From a bacterium (lineage in GTDB: Bacteria; Auribacterota; Erginobacteria; Erginobacterales; DAOSXE01), in assembly GCA_035380285.1 (NCBI GenBank), contig DAOSXE010000002.1, positions 1,207 to 33,206 on the forward strand: a DNA stretch of 32,000 nt, in the 5' to 3' direction. Position 1 is the stretch's first letter. Each line of letters opens with the position of its first letter. Of the stretch, positions 9,345 to 16,845 are shown in pieces. The notes beneath the pieces are model-generated. The model was not told the DNA's origin, ran no database searches, and was given only the letters and a program-made list of their open reading frames with translations. Both the position numbers and the translations under genes were made by a program.

Positions 9345-11242
9345 GGAACCGGGCCGCCGGGGCCGGGCGTGGGCGGCGGCAGGGCCAGGAGCTGAGTTTT
9401 CAGTTTCGTCTCGCCGGGGTTGAGCCGCAGTCCGCGCCGCAAGGTGCTTCGGGCTTCGGCGAACAACCCCCGGCCGACATAGAGGCGGGCCAGGACCGCG
9501 AACCCGGTCGGATGCCGGGGCGCGCGGCGCAACGCTTCTTCGGCGGCCGCCAGCGCTTCGGGAAACCGACCCCGTTCCTGAAGCAACAGGGCCAGATTGC
9601 GCAGAGGCACCGCGTACTCGCGGTTGATCTCCCCCGCCTTCCGGTAGGCTTCGGCGGCTTCGGGAAACCGCGCTTCCCGCTCCAACGCAATGCCCAGGGC
9701 GTTATAGGCTTCGGGGACCCAGGGGTTGGCGGCGACGACCGAACGGATGATCGTCTCCGCCTCTTCGATCCGGCCCATGCGCAGGTAGGTTTCGGCCAGA
9801 TTGAGGGAGGCGACGTGGTAGAGAGGGTCCGCGGAAAGACTTTGCTCGAAATGGCGGACGGCTTTCTTCAACGCCCCCCGGTTGCGATAAAACACGCCCA
9901 GGTTGTTGTGGGCCTCGCAGTGCCGGGGGTTGATGGTCAGGGCTTCCCGCAGGGCGCCGATCGCGGCCCGGTCGTCCCCCCGGACATGGTACGCGATGGC
10001 CAGGTTGTTGTAGGCCAGGGAAGCCCGGGGCGAATAGATGCTGGCGCGAAGCCAGAGATTGAATTCGCTTTTCCAGGCCCAGAGATAGTCGACGCTCCCC
10101 AAAGTCAACGCGACCAGCACGATTCCCAGGACCGTCCCGGCCCAACGCCGGCGCCGGCACGTCCCCCCGGAAAGAAGCGGAGCCAGGAAAAGGCCCGCCA
10201 GAATGCATCCGAAGACCGAGGGAAAATACAGCCGCTGTTCGGCCACGGTCCGCCCGGCCTGGGCCACCTTGCTCAAGGCCGGCAGCAGGCTGATCGTCAA
10301 CCCGGCCCCCGCCCAGAAAATGCCGCGGCGGCGGCGGACCCGGCCCAGCGCCAGCAGGAAGGCGACCGCACCCAACAACGGCAGCAACCAGAGCCAGCCC
10401 CCCCAGTAAACCGGCAGCCTGAAGCTGTAGAGCGTCTTCAGGCGGACCGGAAAAATCAACAGCTGCAGATAGCGCGCCCAGAGCCGGACCATGTCCGGAG
10501 GGTAATCGACCAGATTTCCCGGCCGGGGCAGGCCCGCGGATTTAAGCATTACCGCCTTCCACGCCCCCGAGACCAGGGCGAGGCCCCAGAAGGGGAGACT
10601 GAGGCGCCAGGCGCGCTTCCAACCGGCGCGGAGAAGGACCGTGAACACGACCAGGGGGGGGAGGATCAGGGCCGTCTCCTTGGTCAGCAGCGCGGCGGCA
10701 TAGATCAGCGAGAGACCGGCGATCCGCAACGCCCCGGGCGGTCGGGCGGAAAGCAGGCCGGCCAGCACCAGAGTCATGAACAGCGAGGGCAGCAGCTCGG
10801 AAATGTTGCGGGGGTTGACCACGGCTTCCACGTGGGCGGGATGAACGGCGTAGAGGGCGGCGGCGACCAGGGCGGCGACGGCGCTCCCCCCCACGCGGAA
10901 GGCGAGCAGAAACACGGCAACGGTGGCCAGAGCGTTGACGAGGATGTTGGCGCACCGGTAGGGAGCCGGATCGGCCCCCCCCCACCACGCGGGGACGCTG
11001 AGCGCAAGCATCTGGAGCGGGCGGTAGTCGTTGCGGGAGATCGGCACGCGCCAGCGCCAGAAGTCCGGTTGAAAGTAGAGCAGGGGAGATTCCGCTCCGC
11101 GCAGCAGGCTGTTGTCCCGGACCACCCGCACGTCGTCCCAGAGCAGCGGGTAGCGGAGGGCCGGAAGATAGATCGACCCGCCGGCCACCACGATCAGGGC
11201 GAGGGCGGCGGCGGCGGGGACGGAGAGTCGGGAGTGCTTAAT
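9341..11242 (-). CDS. Polytopic membrane protein with C-terminal TPR repeats (TMTC/glycosyltransferase-39-like)
   Basis: 'YPLLWDDVRVVRDN', 'RNDYRPLQMLALSVPAWWGGADPAPYRCANILVNALATVAVFLLAFRV', 'AALYAVHPAHVEAVVNPRNISELLPSLFM', 'AALLTKETALILPP', followed by TPRs ('SLAYNNLAIAYHVRGDDRAAIGALREALTINPRHCEAHNNLGVFYRN'). ORF-track start is GTG at 11191; extended here to ATT at 11242 (see findings). Confidence 0.85.
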   Translation of the reverse strand: MKHSRLSVPAAAALALIVVAGGSIYLPALRYPLLWDDVRVVRDNSLLRGAESPLLYFQPDFWRWRVPISRNDYRPLQMLALSVPAWWGGADPAPYRCANILVNALATVAVFLLAFRVGGSAVAALVAAALYAVHPAHVEAVVNPRNISELLPSLFMTLVLAGLLSARPPGALRIAGLSLIYAAALLTKETALILPPLVVFTVLLRAGWKRAWRLSLPFWGLALVSGAWKAVMLKSAGLPRPGNLVDYPPDMVRLWARYLQLLIFPVRLKTLYSFRLPVYWGGWLWLLPLLGAVAFLLALGRVRRRRGIFWAGAGLTISLLPALSKVAQAGRTVAEQRLYFPSVFGCILAGLFLAPLLSGGTCRRRRWAGTVLGIVLVALTLGSVDYLWAWKSEFNLWLRASIYSPRASLAYNNLAIAYHVRGDDRAAIGALREALTINPRHCEAHNNLGVFYRNRGALKKAVRHFEQSLSADPLYHVASLNLAETYLRMGRIEEAETIIRSVVAANPWVPEAYNALGIALEREARFPEAAEAYRKAGEINREYAVPLRNLALLLQERGRFPEALAAAEEALRRAPRHPTGFAVLARLYVGRGLFAEARSTLRRGLRLNPGETKLKTQLLALPPPTPGPGGPVP

Positions 11243-11266
11243 CGTTTTCTCCGGTCAGATTTTATG

Positions 11267-11295
11267 TTGACCATGACGCTGGCCGGAAATACTAT
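11267..11295 (+). promoter_or_regulatory. Putative sigma70-type promoter for the 11340 gene
   Basis: TTGACC (11267-11272), 17-nt spacer, TACTAT (11290-11295), then a leader with AAGGAGG 6 nt before ATG 11340. Confidence 0.5.
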
Positions 11296-11339
11296 AGGGG
11301 CTGAATCTACCTGTCAATCATCCAAGAAGGAGGTTGCTC

Positions 11340-14147
11340 ATGACCAGAGCCAGGAGCATTTCGCTGGCCTCGGGTGTATTCACGGCGGGTGTTCTCGTCT
11401 TCCTCTTGTTCGCCTTGGGCGGTTTCACTTCCCCGCTCCCCTCGACCTGGGAGATGAAGTATACCAACCTCAAGGACGACCTCCGGGCCCTGGCCGTCAA
11501 CCCCCTCGATCCCCAGATACTCTACGTCGGCACGGATCAGGCCGTGCTCGGCAGCACCGACGGCGGCCAGACCTGGAACCAGCTCTACAGCTTCCGCGAC
11601 GACAAGATCGATATCTCCGACGTGCTTTCGGATGAAGCCATCCAGGTTTTGACCGACATCGGAGCGGACGCCGCCCAGGCGTCCGCCCCCGCCGGCCAGG
11701 CGGAGGAAAGCGCTCCGAAGGAAGCCGAAAGAGCCCCGCGCGGCCGCGAAAGCGCTCCTTCCGGAACGGGAGGGTCGGGCACTAGCTCGACGGCCGAACT
11801 GGCCGGCCAGGTGGAGACGGCGCTGCAGAAAATGACGGAAACCCAGGACGCCCTCGCCCAGGCCGAGGACGCCTACATGGAATGGACCCCGGACGAGCTC
11901 ACCATCTCCGAGGTGGACGGGATTCCCGAAGACGACAGCGGCTTCGTGGAACAGCCCATGTACGACGAACTGGCCAACTGGCTCTCCGAACGTTCCCTGA
12001 GCGTCCCCGACAACGGGGCCGAGCGCAAAGACACCCTGGTCGATTACCTCAAGACCCACGAGGCCGAAGGCGAAACCCTGTCCAAGGCGGTGGACTCGGC
12101 CAAGTCGCAATACACCAACGCCGAGGGGGAATACAACAACCTCAAGGCGCAGCTGGAACAGGCCGAGGCCGCCCAGGGGCAGGCCGAGGACCAGGAGGAG
12201 ATGGCGGCGACGGAAGAATTCCAGTCCGAAGAGGCCGGCGCCTCCGCCCCGGAACCGGGAGCCCAGTCCACCCCCGCGATCGAAGGCGGGTATCTCACCG
12301 GGGTAACCGACCTGGCCGTCAACCCCGCCAATCCGGACCATGTCTTCGCCACCACCTTCGACGGGGTCTACCGGTCGCCGGACGGGGGACAGACCTGGGA
12401 ATCGATCTACACCGGCGCCAACCCCCGCCAGGGATGCAGTCTCTGCATCACCATCGACCCCTCCAACCCCGACATCATCCTGCTGGGGACCCTGGTCGGG
12501 GTCGGAATATCCAAAGACGGAGGCGTCAGCTGGACCCGGGCGCTGGGCAGCCTCAGCAACGACGTCGTCACCGCCGTCGCCGTGCATCCCTTCGACTCCA
12601 GCGTCATCCTCGCCGGGACCCAGGGGGACGGCATCTTCAAGAGCACGGACGGGGGCGACAGCTGGGAAAAGGTCTTCAACAACCCCTCGTCCGGAGCCCA
12701 GAACATCGGGGCCGTCGCCTTCGCCCCCGCCAACCCCAACATCGTCTATGCCGGAACCCAGAACGGCATCTACGTCAGCCACGACGCCGGTTCCACCTGG
12801 GACACCGCCTCGGGCATGGGCCTGGGAAGCTACGGCGCCCGCGACCTGGCCATCGACCCCACCGATTCCAACACTGTCCTCATGGCCAGCTGGGACGGTG
12901 TCTTCGGCACCATGAATGGCGGCAGCCAATGGCGGCGCCTGACCTACGGGCTCAAGTACCGGGGGGCGGACCGCGTCCTCTTCGACCCGCTCGCCCCGGA
13001 AACGATCTGGATGCTGACCGACGACCATGTCTTCCGGGGAGAAAGCCCCGCCACGGTCGACGTCGAAGGCGACGGCAAAGCCTACCTTACCGGCAACTGC
13101 GAGTTCAGTTTCGGGGGCACCGAGCGCCACACCCTGACCATCCTCAACGTCGATCCGCAGGCCAAGACGGTCAAGATCGAACTGCGCTCCGAACCCCAGG
13201 ACCTGACCCTCGAAGTGGGCGTGCCCACGGAGGTCGATCTGAACGGGGACGGGACCAAGGACGCTCTCATCACCCTGGAGAAGATCGACCAGGGCGAACC
13301 CAAGATCTCCATCTACAAGGTGCTGCGTATATCCGCCCGGGAAGAGTCCATCCAGCTGAAATCGGCCGAAGAGGTCAGGGGGCTCGAGGACCTGGAACCG
13401 TACTTCGCCGCCGAGCCCAGCTGCGTCGAGGTCCAGGATGCCGCCTCCCGCTGGGGAGAAGTTCACCCCGAGATGATCGAGGACTGGCGGGAAGGCGCCC
13501 GCTTCCGCGCGTTTCTCCCCGAGGTCCAGGTCCAGTACACCTACCGGGTGGATAACGATACGGCCACCGACAGCTATGATTCCTATTCCCGGGAATACGA
13601 CTTCTACACCGCCTACGGCGGCAACTCCGAAGTCAGCAGCAGCCGGGGAGACGAGTACACGGAGGGTTTCTACCCCTCCACCAGCCTGGGATGGCCCGAT
13701 ACCTACGAATGGTTCGACTCCTACTCCACCTACGACGAGTCCTCGGCGTATCAGTCCTACCAGGATTACGAGGGCACCTCCTCCCGCGACGAGCACCGCA
13801 CCCGCGACGGAGCCCGGGACCGCAACTCCAAGGCCTGGAAGTTCCAGCTCGACTGGTACCTGGGCGATTTCCTCTTCGAGAGGCAGCAACTCTACATCAG
13901 CCGGGAAGCCCGCGACCTGGTGGAACTGCGCCAGGACATCCTGGAGCAGGTGACCATGTACTACTTCGACCGCAAGGCCGCCCGGATCGACATGATCATG
14001 AACCCGCCGGCCGACTCCTACTCCAAGCTGGACATGCTCCTGCGCCTGCAGCAGCTCGACGCCAGCCTCGACGCCCTCACCGGGGGATTCTTCACGGCCA
14101 CGATCAAGGAGAGACGTGCTCAGTACCCGGAACTCCCGGTCTATTGA
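11340..14147 (+). CDS. Exported Asp-box/BNR (sortilin-like) beta-propeller protein with coiled-coil insertion and C-terminal barrel/coiled-coil-like module
   Basis: Asp boxes 'STDGGQTWNQLY', 'SPDGGQTWESIY', 'SKDGGVSWTRAL', 'STDGGDSWEKVF', 'SHDAGSTWDTAS'; C-terminal 'WKFQLDWYLGDFLFERQQLYISREARDLVELRQDILEQVTMYYFDRKAARIDMIMNPP...LQQLDASLDALTGGFF'. SD GGAGG 6 nt before ATG 11340. Confidence 0.85.
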   Translation: MTRARSISLASGVFTAGVLVFLLFALGGFTSPLPSTWEMKYTNLKDDLRALAVNPLDPQILYVGTDQAVLGSTDGGQTWNQLYSFRDDKIDISDVLSDEAIQVLTDIGADAAQASAPAGQAEESAPKEAERAPRGRESAPSGTGGSGTSSTAELAGQVETALQKMTETQDALAQAEDAYMEWTPDELTISEVDGIPEDDSGFVEQPMYDELANWLSERSLSVPDNGAERKDTLVDYLKTHEAEGETLSKAVDSAKSQYTNAEGEYNNLKAQLEQAEAAQGQAEDQEEMAATEEFQSEEAGASAPEPGAQSTPAIEGGYLTGVTDLAVNPANPDHVFATTFDGVYRSPDGGQTWESIYTGANPRQGCSLCITIDPSNPDIILLGTLVGVGISKDGGVSWTRALGSLSNDVVTAVAVHPFDSSVILAGTQGDGIFKSTDGGDSWEKVFNNPSSGAQNIGAVAFAPANPNIVYAGTQNGIYVSHDAGSTWDTASGMGLGSYGARDLAIDPTDSNTVLMASWDGVFGTMNGGSQWRRLTYGLKYRGADRVLFDPLAPETIWMLTDDHVFRGESPATVDVEGDGKAYLTGNCEFSFGGTERHTLTILNVDPQAKTVKIELRSEPQDLTLEVGVPTEVDLNGDGTKDALITLEKIDQGEPKISIYKVLRISAREESIQLKSAEEVRGLEDLEPYFAAEPSCVEVQDAASRWGEVHPEMIEDWREGARFRAFLPEVQVQYTYRVDNDTATDSYDSYSREYDFYTAYGGNSEVSSSRGDEYTEGFYPSTSLGWPDTYEWFDSYSTYDESSAYQSYQDYEGTSSRDEHRTRDGARDRNSKAWKFQLDWYLGDFLFERQQLYISREARDLVELRQDILEQVTMYYFDRKAARIDMIMNPPADSYSKLDMLLRLQQLDASLDALTGGFFTATIKERRAQYPELPVY

Positions 14148-14197
14148 GAAACAATTAACCCAATGCGGCATTTTCAAATAGCGAGAAGGAGGGTGCC

Positions 14198-15043
14198 ATG
14201 ACCCCAAGAAGCGCACTGCCGATCACGGCGGGAGTCGTGCTCTTGACGATCCTCTTGAGCCTCAGCATCAGCCAGGAGATCGTGACCCAGCCGCCTCCGG
14301 TGGAGACTCTGGACGACCTCAACGCCCTGTTCGCCGACGAGCCCACCTACAACGAGATCCAGGAAGCGGCCATGAGGTTCGCCGAGGTCCATCCGGACAA
14401 GATCGAAAGCTGGAGACAGGGGGCAAAATTCCGCGCCTTTCTTCCCCGGGTGAGCTACCGGTACAACGTCTACGACGATTGGACCGACGAAATCTCGACC
14501 GGTAGCGAGGACAGCATCTCCTTCGAGTACTCCTACGACTACGAGGTCATGAGCTCTTCCGAGCAGGGGACCAACGACGGCTACGGCCAGGCCGGCAGCA
14601 GCGGCTGGCCGGTCCCGGAATGGTCCATGACCCAGGAGTACACCAACCGCAGCGGCCAGGCGGCGTCGACCCGGGACGCCTACGGAGAGTCGGGAGGGAC
14701 CCGCGACTACATCGGCACCTACGAGGAGGACGGCAACACCAAGGAGTGGGGGGTCATGCTGGAATGGGACCTGCGCGACTTCCTCTACAGCGAGGAGCAG
14801 ACCCGGATCAGCAAGGAGGCGCGGGAACTGGTCGAGCTTCGCCAGGACGTGATGGAGGAAGTCAACACCTACTTCTTCGACCGGCGCCGGTCCCAGATCG
14901 ATATGCTCTTTTCCCCTCCGACCGACACCGCCAGCCGGATCGACATGCAGCTGCAGATCGCCCGTCTGACCGCCAACATCGATGCCCTGACCGGTGGCTT
15001 TCTGAGCAAGCGCCTGGCGGAGACCAAAACCGCCGTGCAGTAA
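14198..15043 (+). CDS. Exported protein made only of the C-terminal module of the preceding gene (paralogue)
   Basis: SD AAGGAGGG; 'EAAMRFAEVHPDKIESWRQGAKFRAFLPRVSYRYNVYDDWTDEIS...WGVMLEWDLRDFLYSEEQTRISKEARELVELRQDVMEEVNTYFFDRRRSQIDMLFSPPTDTASRIDMQLQIARLTANIDALTGGFL' aligns with the C-terminus of 11340..14147. Confidence 0.85.
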   Translation: MTPRSALPITAGVVLLTILLSLSISQEIVTQPPPVETLDDLNALFADEPTYNEIQEAAMRFAEVHPDKIESWRQGAKFRAFLPRVSYRYNVYDDWTDEISTGSEDSISFEYSYDYEVMSSSEQGTNDGYGQAGSSGWPVPEWSMTQEYTNRSGQAASTRDAYGESGGTRDYIGTYEEDGNTKEWGVMLEWDLRDFLYSEEQTRISKEARELVELRQDVMEEVNTYFFDRRRSQIDMLFSPPTDTASRIDMQLQIARLTANIDALTGGFLSKRLAETKTAVQ

Positions 15044-15142
15044 TCCCGCGCGCCGCGGACAGGCCCGGGCGGAGTCATGGCCGCCGCGGGATGGGGACCG
15101 GAACGGCGGGTTCGGCGGAAACGGGAGGGGAGGCGAACGGGG

Positions 15143-15586
15143 GTGAACGGCTTCACCTCGAGTTTCTTTCTGGTCAATTTTCTCCTGCAGCTGCTGGGGT
15201 TCAGCTCGGGCCAGTACCTGGAACGCCGGGTGGACATGGACGTGGCGGTGTTCTGGCGCAATCAGGCCCTGGCCGCCCCCCGATGCTCCTATACCCGGAT
15301 AGACTGCTATAACAAGGCGCTGGCGAGGGACTCCGGGTACCTGGCCGCCCGGTGCGAGCTGGCCGACGTTTACTACGAGCTGGGCATAACCTACGGGCAC
15401 CGCGACCTTTTTCGGGCCGCGGCCGATTGCCTGGAGGCGGCCGCCGCCCTGGAGCCGGACGACCCGGAAATCCACCGCCGGTTGGGCCGCGTGTACTTTC
15501 TCCTGCGCGATTTCGACGGCAGCCGCCGCGAGTTGGAACGAACCCGGGCCCTTTCTCCGCAAGCGAACCCGGTCCCGGGACCATGA
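15143..15586 (+). CDS. Membrane-anchored TPR protein
   Basis: GTG start after GGGGAGG; N-terminal hydrophobic segment 'FTSSFFLVNFLLQLLGF'; TPR-like 'CYNKALARDSGYLAARCELADVYYELGITYGHRDLFRAAADCLEAAAALEPDDPEIHRRLGRVYFLLRDFDGSRRELERTRALSP'. Confidence 0.7.
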   Translation: MNGFTSSFFLVNFLLQLLGFSSGQYLERRVDMDVAVFWRNQALAAPRCSYTRIDCYNKALARDSGYLAARCELADVYYELGITYGHRDLFRAAADCLEAAAALEPDDPEIHRRLGRVYFLLRDFDGSRRELERTRALSPQANPVPGP

Positions 15587-16035
15587 AGGGGAGGGGACCG
15601 GGACGAACGTTCCTCGTCCTGGTCATCGCGTTTACGGCCGCAGCGGCGTGGGCCAAGGTCAACATCAACACCGCCACCCAGGCCGAACTGGAAAGCCTTC
15701 CGGGGATCGGGAAGGTCAAGGCCGAACGCATCATCCAGTACCGGGAAAAGCACAGCGGTTTCCGGCGGCTGGAAGAACTGATGGACGTTTACGGCATCGG
15801 CCCCAAAACGTTCGAAGCACTCGAACCCCTCTGTTGCCTTTATGACGAAATCGGAACCGGGGCCCGGGCAGAGGCCGGGTCCCCGGGTTCCGGACAGGGC
15901 CCGCGCTCGACCGAACCCCTGCCGGGGAGCATGGAGGTTAAATGCTGGAAGTGCGGCAAGGTCTTCGAAGTGCCCAGAGCCGCCCGGGAAGGAACCTGCC
16001 CGTACTGTTCGGCCAAATTCAAGGTTTCCCGGTGA
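15583..16035 (+). CDS. Exported ComEA-like helix-hairpin-helix protein with C-terminal MJ0042-like zinc ribbon
   Basis: 'VNINTATQAELESLPGIGKVKAERIIQYREKHSGFRRLEELMDVYGIGPKTFEAL' (ComEA HhH), then 'MEVKCWKCGKVFEVPRAAREGTCPYCSAKFKV' (CxxC...CxxC). ATGA overlap with the upstream gene. Confidence 0.85.
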   Translation: MKGRGPGRTFLVLVIAFTAAAAWAKVNINTATQAELESLPGIGKVKAERIIQYREKHSGFRRLEELMDVYGIGPKTFEALEPLCCLYDEIGTGARAEAGSPGSGQGPRSTEPLPGSMEVKCWKCGKVFEVPRAAREGTCPYCSAKFKVSR

Positions 16036-16760
16036 AACGAACCGTCGGCACTCTGGAGTACCGTACGAAAACCGGCGCCGGAGACCTGACTATTTTCGAA
16101 GTAAGGGAGGGGGAATCCGACCTGCGGGTGGCGGCGGAGCGCGATTATTCCCGGGAAGCGGCGGCGGCTCTGTCCCGGATCCGGAGAGGGCTCAAGGAGT
16201 TCACGGCCCGGGAGCCCCGGTTCGGATCCACCTTTCTCCCCTGGTTCCCGGCCGGAGCCGTCCCCGCCCCCTTGCGGCGCATGGCCGAGGCCGCGGCCCG
16301 GTTCAACCTGGGCCCCATGGCGGCGGTGGCGGGCGCCGTGGCCGAAGCGGTGGGACAAGCCCTGCCGGGAACGGAAGCGATCGTCGAAAACGGCGGCGAC
16401 CTCTTCATCCGCTCCGCCCGCGGGCGTTTCGTGGAGATTCTTCCCGGCCCGGGCCACCCCCTGGCGGGGAAACTGACGTTGGCGGTGCCCCCGGCCCCCG
16501 GAGGAATCGGCATAGCCACTTCCTCGGGACGCTGGGGCCGCTCGATCAGCTTCGGGAACGCCGATTCGGTCACGGTGGTGGCCGACGACCCCATCTGGGC
16601 CGACGCCGGCGCCACGTCGCTGGCCAACCGCGTCGCCCGGGAAGATCGGGCCCGCAACCCCCGAACGGGCGACTACCTGCTGGAAGCGGGCGGGGTGCGC
16701 GGCTTCCTGATCGTCTGCGGCGGAACCGTTCACCTCCGGGGGCGGATTTCCCTGGCCTAG
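16032..16760 (+). CDS. UPF0280/COG2122 family (ApbE-like) protein
   Basis: 'LGPMAAVAGAVAEAVGQALPG...AIVENGGDLFIRS', 'KLTLAVPPAPGGIGIATSSGRWGRSISFGNADSVTVVADDPIWADAGATSLANRV'. GTG start overlaps the upstream stop (GTGA). Confidence 0.88.
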   Translation: MKRTVGTLEYRTKTGAGDLTIFEVREGESDLRVAAERDYSREAAAALSRIRRGLKEFTAREPRFGSTFLPWFPAGAVPAPLRRMAEAAARFNLGPMAAVAGAVAEAVGQALPGTEAIVENGGDLFIRSARGRFVEILPGPGHPLAGKLTLAVPPAPGGIGIATSSGRWGRSISFGNADSVTVVADDPIWADAGATSLANRVAREDRARNPRTGDYLLEAGGVRGFLIVCGGTVHLRGRISLA

Positions 16761-16800
16761 GGCCTAAATTTTGTTGCTCGGGAGCCCCTGGGAATGGTAC

Positions 16801-16806
16801 TATAAT
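16801..16806 (+). promoter_or_regulatory. Candidate -10 element (TATAAT) upstream of the 16846 gene
   Basis: Perfect TATAAT 40 nt upstream of the ATG in an 85-nt intergenic gap; no good -35 at standard spacing (TTGCTC is 21 nt upstream). Confidence 0.35.
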
Positions 16807-16845
16807 TTGACGACTAAAAGCTCCATACCGCCACAGGGGGGTTAG

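Noticed and set aside
8465-11635. 1056-aa plus-strand ORF spanning the PQQ gene end, the coiled-coil gene and the antisense of the TMTC-like gene
   Set aside because: Low-complexity Arg/Gly/Pro-rich translation running across several well-supported genes in other frames; long spurious ORFs are expected at this GC content.
11307-14216. 969-aa minus-strand ORF
   Set aside because: Exactly antisense to the Asp-box propeller gene, which has SD, signal peptide and recognisable motifs; the antisense translation shows none.
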